In this document: piece by piece, positions 1 through 8,710 of the stretch | How positions within the stretch are numbered: the stretch's first letter is position 1 | Layout: every line of letters starts with the position of its first letter | Source of the DNA: an uncultured delta proteobacterium | GTDB lineage: Bacteria; Desulfobacterota; Binatia; Binatales; Binataceae | NCBI GenBank assembly: GCA_963724765.1 | Contig: CAVRVY010000003.1 | Location: 544,001 to 608,000, forward strand | Length of the DNA: 64,000 bases | Direction: 5' to 3' | The notes under the pieces: generated by a model | The model's input: only the letters and a program-made list of their open reading frames with translations | Databases searched by the model: none | Told to the model about the DNA's origin: nothing | Program-made: the position numbers and the translations under genes

Positions 1-417
1 TCATGGGGCGCGATCGGCGCCGCGCGTAGCTGTTATCATTGCGCGCTGGACTATACCAAGTCGCGCAAGCAGTTCGCGCGTCCGCTCGCCGGCTATCAAT
101 TGGTCCAGAACAAGCTGGTGACGATGCTCACCGAGATCACCAAGGCGCAACTGATATGCCTGCGTCTGGGGCAGCTCAAGGACGCGGACAGGATGCGGCC
201 CGAACAGGTATCGTTTGCCAAGCGCAACAACGTCGGGATGGCCCTGGATGTCGCGCGGATGGCCCGCGACATGCTGGGCGCCAATGGAATCGTGAACGAG
301 TACCCGGTCATCCGCCACATGCTGAACCTGGAAACGGTCAACACCTACGAAGGCGCCTTCGACGTGCAGACGCTGGTGCTGGGCCGCGACATCACCGGGC
401 TTAGCGCTTTCGACTGA
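1..417 (+). CDS. Acyl-CoA dehydrogenase (glutaryl-CoA dehydrogenase-like), C-terminal part, 5' truncated by the window
   Basis: Frame 1 is open from base 1: SWGAIGAARSCYHCALDYTKSRKQFARPLAGYQLVQNKL...ARDMLGANGIVNEYPVIRHMLNLETVNTYEG, a typical GcdH-like C-terminus. Confidence 0.9.
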   Translation, partial: SWGAIGAARSCYHCALDYTKSRKQFARPLAGYQLVQNKLVTMLTEITKAQLICLRLGQLKDADRMRPEQVSFAKRNNVGMALDVARMARDMLGANGIVNEYPVIRHMLNLETVNTYEGAFDVQTLVLGRDITGLSAFD

Positions 418-514
418 GCGGTCGGCGCAAATCGGCTTGAGGAATTGGCGGTGACGGTATCGGGAATTTGAAGTATCCTGAACCGGCTGATAGTTACCCG
501 CAGGAGGTGACGGT

Positions 515-1048
515 ATGCCTTCGTTCGTTCCGATCAACGGACTGCATCATTTCGCCTATCGATGCCGCGACGCGGAGGAGACTCGCCACTTTTACGAGGA
601 CATCCTGGGCCTGCCACTGGTCCACGTCATCCGCCAGGACCGGGTGCCGAGCACGCGGGAGTATTGCCCGCACGCGCATATCTTCTTTCGCATGACCGAC
701 GGCTCCTGCGTCGCATTCTTCGATCTCGGCGACAACCAAATCGCCGCAGCTTCGCCCAACACACCCGAATGGGTGAACCATCTCGCGCTGCGCGTAGGTT
801 CGCTCGCCGAACTGGACGCCGCGCGCACGCGGCTTGAGGCCGCCGGTATCGACGTGCTCGGCCCGACCGACCATCACTTCATCAAGTCGATCTATTTCTT
901 CGACCCCAACGGGATTCGGCTGGAGCTGACCACCCCGGTCATCGCCGCCACTGACCCGACGCTTGCGAGGTACGAGCGCGACGCCCACGACGAACTGGCG
1001 GCGTGGGAGCGCGAGAAGAGTCAGCGCCATTGCGCCGAGGTCCGCTAG
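515..1048 (+). CDS. VOC/glyoxalase family protein
   Basis: INGLHHFAYRC...FYEDILGL...NHLALRV...SIYFFDPNGIRLEL; SD AGGAGG upstream. Confidence 0.9.
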   Translation: MPSFVPINGLHHFAYRCRDAEETRHFYEDILGLPLVHVIRQDRVPSTREYCPHAHIFFRMTDGSCVAFFDLGDNQIAAASPNTPEWVNHLALRVGSLAELDAARTRLEAAGIDVLGPTDHHFIKSIYFFDPNGIRLELTTPVIAATDPTLARYERDAHDELAAWEREKSQRHCAEVR

Positions 1049-1097
1049 CGCCGCGAGCGAGGACGGCCGTCTGCACGGCCCTGGCGGGACGCGATCG

Positions 1098-1979
1098 TCA
1101 AATCGAGCGGGCTCGTTCGACCGCCGGCGCGAGGCGGCGCACCGCTTCGAGTGCTTTTCCGTCGGCGGACTCCGCGATCATTTTCTGCGAGAGAAAGATG
1201 AGCCGGCTCGCGCCGGCCTCGCGGTAGCGCTTCACCTCGTCGGGCGACGGGCCATACTCGCCGGGGTCGACCAGCGGCGATATCTGGATCGAGCCGGGGT
1301 CGCGGCCGCGCTCGGCCGTGAGCCTGCGGAGTTCGACGACATTGGCTTTCAACTCCTCGGCGCTCGCGACCAGCGGCATCCATCCGTCATACGTGCGCGC
1401 CACCCGCTCCAAGCCCTTGGGGCCATGCGCTCCGAGCAGCACGGGTGGACCCGCCTTCTGAATCGGCTTGGGCTCCGAACGGAGCGCCGGAAACTTGATG
1501 ATCTCGCCCTGGTAGGAAGCCTCGCGCTGGGTCCACAGGATACGCATCGCCTCGACCGTTTCGCGCGTGCGTTTCCATCGCTGGCCGAAGTTCGCACCCA
1601 TCGCCTCGGTTTCCTCGCGCAGCCATCCGGCGCCGACGCCCATCAGAAACCGGCCGCCGGAAAAGAGATCGAGGCTCGCCGCGACCTTCGCCGTCATCAG
1701 CGTCTCGCGTTCCGGCAGCAGGCAAACTCCCGTGCCGAGCTTGATCTTTTTGGTCACGGCCGCGGCGATAGTGAGCGCGATGAACGGATCGGCCCATCGC
1801 GCATAATGGTCGGGAAGCTTGTGGTCAGGTGTGAAAGGAAACGGGGTCTTCATGCCGACCGGGATCACTGGATGCTCCGCCATCCAGAGCGATTCGTAAC
1901 CCAATTGCTCGACGGTACGAGCGATCTCGGCGAGGTCGCCACATTGCGCCGTCGCCGCCATCAAAAAGCCGATGTCCAT
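1098..1979 (-). CDS. LLM-class (luciferase-like) oxidoreductase, probably F420-dependent (Rv2161c-like)
   Basis: GYESLWMAEHPVIP, DPFIALT..AAVTKKIKLGTGV, ASLDLFSGGRFLMGVGAGW. Confidence 0.85.
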   Translation of the reverse strand: MDIGFLMAATAQCGDLAEIARTVEQLGYESLWMAEHPVIPVGMKTPFPFTPDHKLPDHYARWADPFIALTIAAAVTKKIKLGTGVCLLPERETLMTAKVAASLDLFSGGRFLMGVGAGWLREETEAMGANFGQRWKRTRETVEAMRILWTQREASYQGEIIKFPALRSEPKPIQKAGPPVLLGAHGPKGLERVARTYDGWMPLVASAEELKANVVELRRLTAERGRDPGSIQISPLVDPGEYGPSPDEVKRYREAGASRLIFLSQKMIAESADGKALEAVRRLAPAVERARSI

Positions 1980-2131
1980 TCTTTATATTCCTTGTCGTAT
2001 ATGGCTGGCTGAAATCCGTTCGAAGTCAGACTTGGATATACCTCAGCTTGCCGGCCTTTGCACGCGAGCGACGCGGGGTCTGCCCCGGCCCACGTCCGGC
2101 GTGCTAAATAGCGTGACGGAGGACAGGCGCG

Positions 2132-2950
2132 ATGGAACTCAAGGGCAAAAACGCGATCGTCACCGGGGCGGCGCGAGGAATTGGGCGCGGTATCGCGCTC
2201 AAGCTCGCCGCGGCCGGCGCCAACGTGGCGCTGGTCGACCTTGGTAGTCCCAAGGACCCGGCGCTGACCTACAACCTCGCTGCGCATGGCGAACTCGCGA
2301 GCGCGGTCGACGAGATAAAGTCGCACGGCGTCAAGGCCGCGGCGATCCTGGCCGACGTGACGCGTCTAGCCGACTGCGAGCGGATGGCCGCCGAGACCGT
2401 GAAGGCGCTGGGCTCGCTCGACATCCTGGTCAACAACGCCGGCATCGTCGCGGTCGGACCGGTGGCCGAGTTTTCCGAGCAGGCGTGGGACCGCGTGATG
2501 GCGGTCAACGCCAAGGGACCTTTTTTGTGCTCCAAGGCCGCGATTCCACACCTCTTGCGCAACAAGGAAGGCGCGATCGTCAATATCGCGTCGATCGCCG
2601 GAAAGACTTCGCGCGGCGGCCTCTCAGCGTATTGCGCGAGCAAGTTCGCGGTGATGGCGCTCACGCAGGCGCTCGCCGAAGAACTCGGCCCGGCCAACAT
2701 CAGGGTCAACGCGGTATGTCCGGGACTGCTGCGCACCGCGATGTGGACCGACGTGCTGAATCAGTACCTGAGCAAAGCGTGGGGCGGTGGCAACGCCGAG
2801 TCGATGTTCGACAATGCCGTCGGCAGCATGTGCTACCTGCGCCGCGAACAGACGCCCGCGGATATCGGCGAGGCGGTGGTTTACCTGGCGCGGGCCGACA
2901 ACGTAACCGGCACTTCGCTGGTGGTGGCGGGCGGCGCGGAAATTCATTAG
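2132..2950 (+). CDS. SDR oxidoreductase with a mycofactocin-coupled-type insertion
   Basis: TGAARGIG, NNAG, YCASK; extra loop VDLGSPKDPALTYNLAAHGEL after beta-2. Confidence 0.85.
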   Translation: MELKGKNAIVTGAARGIGRGIALKLAAAGANVALVDLGSPKDPALTYNLAAHGELASAVDEIKSHGVKAAAILADVTRLADCERMAAETVKALGSLDILVNNAGIVAVGPVAEFSEQAWDRVMAVNAKGPFLCSKAAIPHLLRNKEGAIVNIASIAGKTSRGGLSAYCASKFAVMALTQALAEELGPANIRVNAVCPGLLRTAMWTDVLNQYLSKAWGGGNAESMFDNAVGSMCYLRREQTPADIGEAVVYLARADNVTGTSLVVAGGAEIH

Positions 2951-3034
2951 AAGTGCTTTATAGGGGAACTGCGCATCGCAAGCGGCGCCATGCGACGGTT
3001 CGCGCGTAAATCCGGCGCCGCCCAGGAGGTCCAG

Positions 3035-3427
3035 ATGCATAAGCCGACTGATTTTTCTCATGCCGCGTTCAGGATCGCCGACGTCGACAAGAGCCGCGAA
3101 TTCTACGAGAAGGTGCTCGGCCTCAAGCCGATCCCGCGCCCCGACTTCAGTTTCAAGGGGATGTGGTACGGAATCGGCAGCGGACAGATCCATCTGATCG
3201 TCAGCAAGAAGCACGACGGCCCCGACCCGACCGGTCCGCATATCGCGATCGAGGTCGACGATCTCGACGCGACCAAGGCCTCGCTGAAGGAAATGGGCGT
3301 GCCGTTCCTCGACGGTGACGCGATGCGCGCAACGCTCAAGGAAGAAGACCGGCGCCGCCTCGGCCGTCAGATCTGGGTGCTCGACCCGGATGGCAACACG
3401 GTCGAGTTGCGTAAAAGCGACATGTAG
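3035..3427 (+). CDS. VOC family protein
   Basis: FSHAAFRIADVDKSREFYEKVLGL...HIAIEVDDL...DPDGNTVEL; SD AGGAGG before ATG 3035. Confidence 0.9.
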   Translation: MHKPTDFSHAAFRIADVDKSREFYEKVLGLKPIPRPDFSFKGMWYGIGSGQIHLIVSKKHDGPDPTGPHIAIEVDDLDATKASLKEMGVPFLDGDAMRATLKEEDRRRLGRQIWVLDPDGNTVELRKSDM

Positions 3428-3642
3428 GCCGCACGCTCGCGGCTTTCCGGACCCTCCTGCAACCGCGCGGAAAGTGCATGGAAAAGTTTCCCTGCCCTTA
3501 CCTGCGGGGCGAGGTGGGAGTTGAGCGAAGGCCGCGAGCACCACATCGCGGAGCGCCATCCTTGCGAAATGATCTGTTTGAGCTGCCGGTGACGGCAGAT
3601 CTCCGCCTGGTCGCCAACGAGTAGCATTCCCGGGGTATTTCG

Positions 3643-4092
3643 ATGCCCAACATCAAGTCGATTTTTCACATCAACGTCAACGTCACTGATTTCGAGCGCT
3701 CGCTGAAATTTTACGAGATGCTCGGTTTCCACGTGGTGCGCGACTTCGGTGACTTTGGCGACGCGCACTTGGCGCGCGGGCTCGGCGCGCAGGAATGCCG
3801 CGGACGCGCGGTGCTGATGATTCTCGGCGACGATTTGCATACGACGCGCCTGGACCTTATCGAATGGAAGGTTCCCCCGACCGAGGGCCGCCCCTACCCG
3901 CATCTGTTCAATGCCGGCTTCTGCCGTATCGCGCTGCGCACCAAAACGCTGCGCACCGACTACGAGGAGCTCAAGAACCGCGGCGTGAAGTTTCTCTCCG
4001 AGCCGCAAATGTTCCATGCGTTGGACAGCGAGGCAGGCTTCGTCTGCATGACCGACCCGGACGGAACGGTCGTCGAACTAATCCAGACCTGA
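3643..4092 (+). CDS. VOC family protein
   Basis: IFHINVNVTDFERSLKFYEMLGF...DPDGTVVELI. Confidence 0.9.
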   Translation: MPNIKSIFHINVNVTDFERSLKFYEMLGFHVVRDFGDFGDAHLARGLGAQECRGRAVLMILGDDLHTTRLDLIEWKVPPTEGRPYPHLFNAGFCRIALRTKTLRTDYEELKNRGVKFLSEPQMFHALDSEAGFVCMTDPDGTVVELIQT

Positions 4093-4163
4093 GATGCGGT
4101 CCTGAGATGAGAATGAGATTGCAGGCCTCAAACCTCTGACGCTGCCCGCCAGAGGTTCCGGTC

Positions 4164-5594
4164 TCACACTCCCGCGAGCTTGCGCGCGTAGGCCGCCACG
4201 CTCTTGAAATCGTACTCGCGGTAGGCCTGGAGCTTTTCCGCCTCGAAGCCGCCCTCGGCGTGCACCGCCAAAACCTCCTGGTAGCCGCCGAAATCCGACG
4301 CCGTCAGATCGCCGATCAGATTGAGCAGCCGCAGGCGCTTCTCGGCGTCGAAGCCCTTGGCGCCGCCCATGTACTTCAGCACGTACGCGCGCGTCGCCTC
4401 GCTGGTCAAATCCTCGGCCGCCGGCGCCGTGACCAGCAGTCCGCCCGCGAGGTCCTGCACGATTTGCACCGCCTGATGGTAGTTGTGCGCGAAATGGTAC
4501 TTGGCGATGTTGGTGAGCAGCGTGTTGGGCACCGCGAGCCCGTCCTCGATGGTGCAAGAGTTGGCCGCATGTTCGATGAGCCCGCGCACGGTCGCGTGAT
4601 AGGCGGCCAGATGGGTTAGCTTGTCGCGCACGTGGGCCGCGCGCAGCACGCCGTTGGCCTCGGCGATCGCGTAGCCCGCCCCCGCCATCAATTCGAGCAG
4701 CGGCAGCTTGTATGAGACCGCGGTGAAGCGATGGTAGCGCACGAAGGTCAGCGCCAGCAGTCCTGCAAAATCGATCTCGCCGCACAGGAAGACGCGCTCC
4801 CTGGGCACGAAGACGTTGTCGAACACGGTCAACGTCTCCATCATCTTGTGCCCCGCGCTCAGCGGATGCTCGAACTGATTCTTGGGGCTCGAGCCGTGCG
4901 GGCTCGCGATAAGCTTGAGGCCGGGCGTGTTGATCGGCAGCGCGAAGGCGACCGCATAGGCCTTGTCCTCGGCCTTCATCGCGCGCGTCGGCAGTACGAT
5001 GACCTCGTTGGTGTTGGTCGAAACGGAGGTATGGACCTTGGCGCCGCTTACCACGATACCGTCGGGACGCTCCTCGACCACGCGCACGTAATAGTCGGGA
5101 TGATCCTGCGCGGTGGGTCCGAGCGAGCGGTCGCCCTTGACGTCGGTCTGCGCCACCGCGACCGCGAGGTCGTTGTCGCGACAGTAGCGATGGTACTTGG
5201 CGACGCGCTCGCGGTACTCGGGCTTTCCCGCAGCCGCCATCCGCTCGCCCAGGATGTGGAGCGCGTAGAGCGCGTCGGTGCCGATCTCCTTGATCAGCAC
5301 GACCAGCGTCGCGCCTTCGCGGGTCGAGGCCGCTATAAGCTCACTGCGCTTGAGCAGGTCATCGGAGTTGCGCGGCAGATGGAAGTAGCGGCTGTACTCG
5401 CCGCCGCCGTCGCGCATCACGGCGAGGGGACGGTACTTGGGATCTTCGGCCATCCGGTAGTCGATACAGGCGTGCTCGACCGCGATTCCGATCACGGGAT
5501 CTTTGGTAACGTCGGCGACTTTTTCGCCGCGCAAATAAACCGCGCGCCCGTCGCGCAGCGATTCCTTGTACTGCTCCGGTGTTCTCAGTCCCAT
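4164..5594 (-). CDS. 4-hydroxyphenylacetate 3-hydroxylase / 4-hydroxybutyryl-CoA dehydratase family flavoprotein
   Basis: LRTPEQYKESLRDGRAVY, AQTDVKGDRS, DYYVRVVEERPDGIVVSGAKVH, VFDNVFVP.ERVF. Confidence 0.85.
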   Translation of the reverse strand: MGLRTPEQYKESLRDGRAVYLRGEKVADVTKDPVIGIAVEHACIDYRMAEDPKYRPLAVMRDGGGEYSRYFHLPRNSDDLLKRSELIAASTREGATLVVLIKEIGTDALYALHILGERMAAAGKPEYRERVAKYHRYCRDNDLAVAVAQTDVKGDRSLGPTAQDHPDYYVRVVEERPDGIVVSGAKVHTSVSTNTNEVIVLPTRAMKAEDKAYAVAFALPINTPGLKLIASPHGSSPKNQFEHPLSAGHKMMETLTVFDNVFVPRERVFLCGEIDFAGLLALTFVRYHRFTAVSYKLPLLELMAGAGYAIAEANGVLRAAHVRDKLTHLAAYHATVRGLIEHAANSCTIEDGLAVPNTLLTNIAKYHFAHNYHQAVQIVQDLAGGLLVTAPAAEDLTSEATRAYVLKYMGGAKGFDAEKRLRLLNLIGDLTASDFGGYQEVLAVHAEGGFEAEKLQAYREYDFKSVAAYARKLAGV

Positions 5595-5828
5595 CGTGAT
5601 TCACCCTGTTCCCTGCTGATTTCGCGCCGCCGCCGCGCGCCTCGCGGCACTCGACTTGGACAACTCCGACAGGCCAATATAGGAGCCTGCGGCGGCCACG
5701 TCCAACAGACGCGAGCAACGATCGACGGACGCAGGTAGCGTTCAGAAGAAGCAAGACCGTCCGCGCCGGCGCGCACCGGCCATCGGCCAGCGCCATACAA
5801 CCAGTTTTGCTACATGGGGGGTCAGGCG

Positions 5829-6620
5829 ATGGCGTCTGCCAAGATGTTCGAGAAGATGTTCGATCTGAGCGGCAAGGTGTCCATAGTCACCGGAGGCAAC
5901 CGCGGGATCGGGCGCGGACTCGCGCTGGGGCTGGCGGAGGCCGGGGCCGCGGTCGCAATCCTCGCCCGCGACGAGCAAAAGAGCCAGGACACGCTCAATG
6001 AACTGCTGGCGCTCGGCGTCCCCGCAATGGCGCTGCGCGTCGACCTCAAGCAGCGCCGCGAGCTCAAGCCCGCCTTCGACGAGGTCGAACGCAAGCTCGG
6101 ACCAGTCGATATCATGGTCAACAACGCCGCCTACGCGACGCTCACCAGCGTGGTCGATACCTCCGAGGAGGACTGGGACGGCGTGCTGGCGGTCAACCTC
6201 AACGCCGCGTTCCTGTTCTGCAAGTACGCCGCGCAATCGATGATCAAGCGCACCAAGGGCGGCAAGATAATCAACGTCACCAGCCTCGCCTCCGCCTTCG
6301 GCAGCGGAGTCTTTCCGTCCTACGCGGTCACCAAGGGCGGGCTCGCACAGCTCACCCGCTCGCTCGCGATCGAGCTTGCACCGCACAATATCCAGGTCAA
6401 CGCGCTGGCGCCCGGATGGGTCTCGACCGACATGACCGAATGGCTCCGCAGCGGCCCCGAGTACGAGTGGCTACTCAAGGAAATGATTCAGCGCACGCCG
6501 CGCGGGCGTTTCGCCGAAGCCGAAGAGCTAAAGGGCGCGATGATCTTTCTGGCCTCTGCGGCCTCCGACAACATGACCGGCGCCGATTTTCTGATCGACG
6601 GCGGGTTCTCGATTCGCTGA
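5829..6620 (+). CDS. SDR oxidoreductase (KduD/gluconate 5-dehydrogenase-like)
   Basis: FDLSGKVSIVTGGNRGIG, YAVTKGG, IQVNALAPGW, RTPRGRF. Confidence 0.9.
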   Translation: MASAKMFEKMFDLSGKVSIVTGGNRGIGRGLALGLAEAGAAVAILARDEQKSQDTLNELLALGVPAMALRVDLKQRRELKPAFDEVERKLGPVDIMVNNAAYATLTSVVDTSEEDWDGVLAVNLNAAFLFCKYAAQSMIKRTKGGKIINVTSLASAFGSGVFPSYAVTKGGLAQLTRSLAIELAPHNIQVNALAPGWVSTDMTEWLRSGPEYEWLLKEMIQRTPRGRFAEAEELKGAMIFLASAASDNMTGADFLIDGGFSIR

Positions 6621-6666
6621 CGCGGGCCCGCGCGCCAACGCGCGAGCGGCCTGGGGAGATGCGGTT

Positions 6667-7431
6667 ATGACGGCGCCTGAGATGTTCAACCTTGACGGCC
6701 GGGTCGCGATCGTCACCGGCGGCAACGGCGGAATCGGCCGCGGGATCGCCTTGGGGCTGGCGGCGGCCGGCGCGGCTGTCGCGGTGCTCGCGCGCAATGA
6801 GGAAAAGAACGAAGCGGTGCTCGGCGAGTTGCGCGCGCTAAGCTCCGCGTCGATCGCGCTCAGGCTCGACGTGACCGACCGCGCCGCGCTCGCGCCCGCG
6901 ATGGCGGAGGCCGAGCGCAAGCTCGGCCCGGTCGATATCCTGGTCAACAACGCGGGTATCGCGCTTCCCGGCGGCGTGCTCAAGGTTGATGCCGCGACCT
7001 GGGACCGCGTGATCGAAACCAACCTGAACTCGGGCTTCCTGCTCTCGCAGATCGCGGCGCGCTCGATGGCGACGCGCAAGCACGGCAAAATCATCAACAT
7101 CGGCAGCGAGTATTCGCACTTCGGCAATCCGATCGCGCCGTCGTATGCGGCCTCCAAGGGCGGGCTCATCCAACTGACCAAATCGATGGCGGTCGAGCTG
7201 GCGGCGCATAACATCCAGGTCAACGCGATCGTGCCGGGATGGATCGAAAGCGAGATGACCGCGCCGATCAAAGGACGCTCGTTTTACGACGACATCATCA
7301 GGCGTACGCCGGCCGGCCGTTTCGGCACGCCCGAGGAGTGCGCGGGCGCGGCAGTGTTTCTCGCCTCGCACGCCTCCGACTTCGTAACCGGCGCGACCAT
7401 CGTCGTCGACGGCGGCTACGCGATTCGCTGA
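6667..7431 (+). CDS. SDR oxidoreductase, tandem paralog of the preceding gene
   Basis: FNLDGRVAIVTGGNGGIG, NNAG, YAASKGG, RTPAGRFG. Confidence 0.9.
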   Translation: MTAPEMFNLDGRVAIVTGGNGGIGRGIALGLAAAGAAVAVLARNEEKNEAVLGELRALSSASIALRLDVTDRAALAPAMAEAERKLGPVDILVNNAGIALPGGVLKVDAATWDRVIETNLNSGFLLSQIAARSMATRKHGKIINIGSEYSHFGNPIAPSYAASKGGLIQLTKSMAVELAAHNIQVNAIVPGWIESEMTAPIKGRSFYDDIIRRTPAGRFGTPEECAGAAVFLASHASDFVTGATIVVDGGYAIR

Positions 7432-7434
7432 CCC

Positions 7435-8538
7435 ATGACGACGATCTATCGCGCGGAGGTGATCGGTTCGATGCTGCGGCCGGGATGGCTCAAGCAGGCG
7501 CGGACCGACTTCGCCGCCGACCGCATCTCGACCGCCCAGTTCAAGCGGGTCGAGGACCGCGCAGTCGACGAGGCGATCGCGCTCCAGGAGCGCTGTGGCG
7601 TCGACATCGTGAGCGACGGCGAAATGCGCCGCTCGGGCTTCGTCGCGCCGCTCACCGATTACGTCGAAGGCTTCGAGGCGGTCGCGTTCGACACGCGGCG
7701 ATGGCAGGGCGGCGGCGGGATAGGCGGCGAAACCAATCTCGCGGTGCCGCTCACTGTGACTGGCAAGCTCCGCCGGCGGCGCTCGCTGGCGGCCGAGGAA
7801 TTCATCTACGCGCGCGCCCGCGCGAAACTCCCGCTCAAGGCGACGCTGCCGAGCCCACTGATGCTCGCGATGCGCTGGTCGCCGGAACATTCGGCGGCGG
7901 CCTATCCCGAGCCGTTCACGCTTTTCGCCGACGCCGTCGATATTTTGCGCGCCGAGGTCGCCGAGTTGGCGAGCCTCGGGTGCGAATATATTCAGGTCGA
8001 CGCGCCGGAACTGGCCACGCTGGTCGATCCGTCGACGCGCGAGCGCGTTTTCGAGGCGCATGGCATTTCGACCACGCGGATGCTCGGCGAGGGCGTCGAG
8101 ATGCTCAACGCGCTCGCGGACGCGTCCGGCGTCACCTTCGGATTGCATCTGTGCCGTGGCAACAACGCCGGTCATTGGCTGAGTACGGGCGGCTATGAAG
8201 CGATCTCGAAGGAGGTCTTCGCGCACGCCACGCGCTACGACATTTTCCTGCTCGAATACGACAGCCCGCGCGCGGGTTCATTCGAGCCGCTCGCCGACGT
8301 TGCGCGCGACAAGCGCGTGGTGCTGGGGCTGGTGTCGACCAAGAGCGACGTGCTCGAGACGCCGGCGGCGCTGATCGCGCGAATCGACGAAGCCGCGGGC
8401 TATTTTCCACGCGAGCAGATGGCGCTCTCGACGCAGTGCGGCTTCGCCTCGGTGCTCGCGGGCAATCCGATCGCCGAAGCGACGCAGGAGAAAAAGCTGC
8501 GGTTGGTGGCCGAGGCCGCGCATCTGGTTTGGAGCTGA
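7435..8538 (+). CDS. Cobalamin-independent methionine synthase II family (single-barrel MetE core)
   Basis: AEVIGSMLRP, VSDGEMRR, Zn ligands HLCRGN, LEYD and STQCGFAS. Confidence 0.88.
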   Translation: MTTIYRAEVIGSMLRPGWLKQARTDFAADRISTAQFKRVEDRAVDEAIALQERCGVDIVSDGEMRRSGFVAPLTDYVEGFEAVAFDTRRWQGGGGIGGETNLAVPLTVTGKLRRRRSLAAEEFIYARARAKLPLKATLPSPLMLAMRWSPEHSAAAYPEPFTLFADAVDILRAEVAELASLGCEYIQVDAPELATLVDPSTRERVFEAHGISTTRMLGEGVEMLNALADASGVTFGLHLCRGNNAGHWLSTGGYEAISKEVFAHATRYDIFLLEYDSPRAGSFEPLADVARDKRVVLGLVSTKSDVLETPAALIARIDEAAGYFPREQMALSTQCGFASVLAGNPIAEATQEKKLRLVAEAAHLVWS

Positions 8539-8710
8539 CCCCCCCTCGCGGCGGTTTTGATACGGCGCATCTGACTTAACCTCCTCCCCCGTGTTTTTGG
8601 GGAGGGAATTAAAAGTCGATTCGCACGTAAAAACGGCGGGCGGGCGGCCTTTAACAGCAGGCACGTAACCGCGTATCATCCCGCATCATGTCGAGATCGT
8701 GGGCGACATC

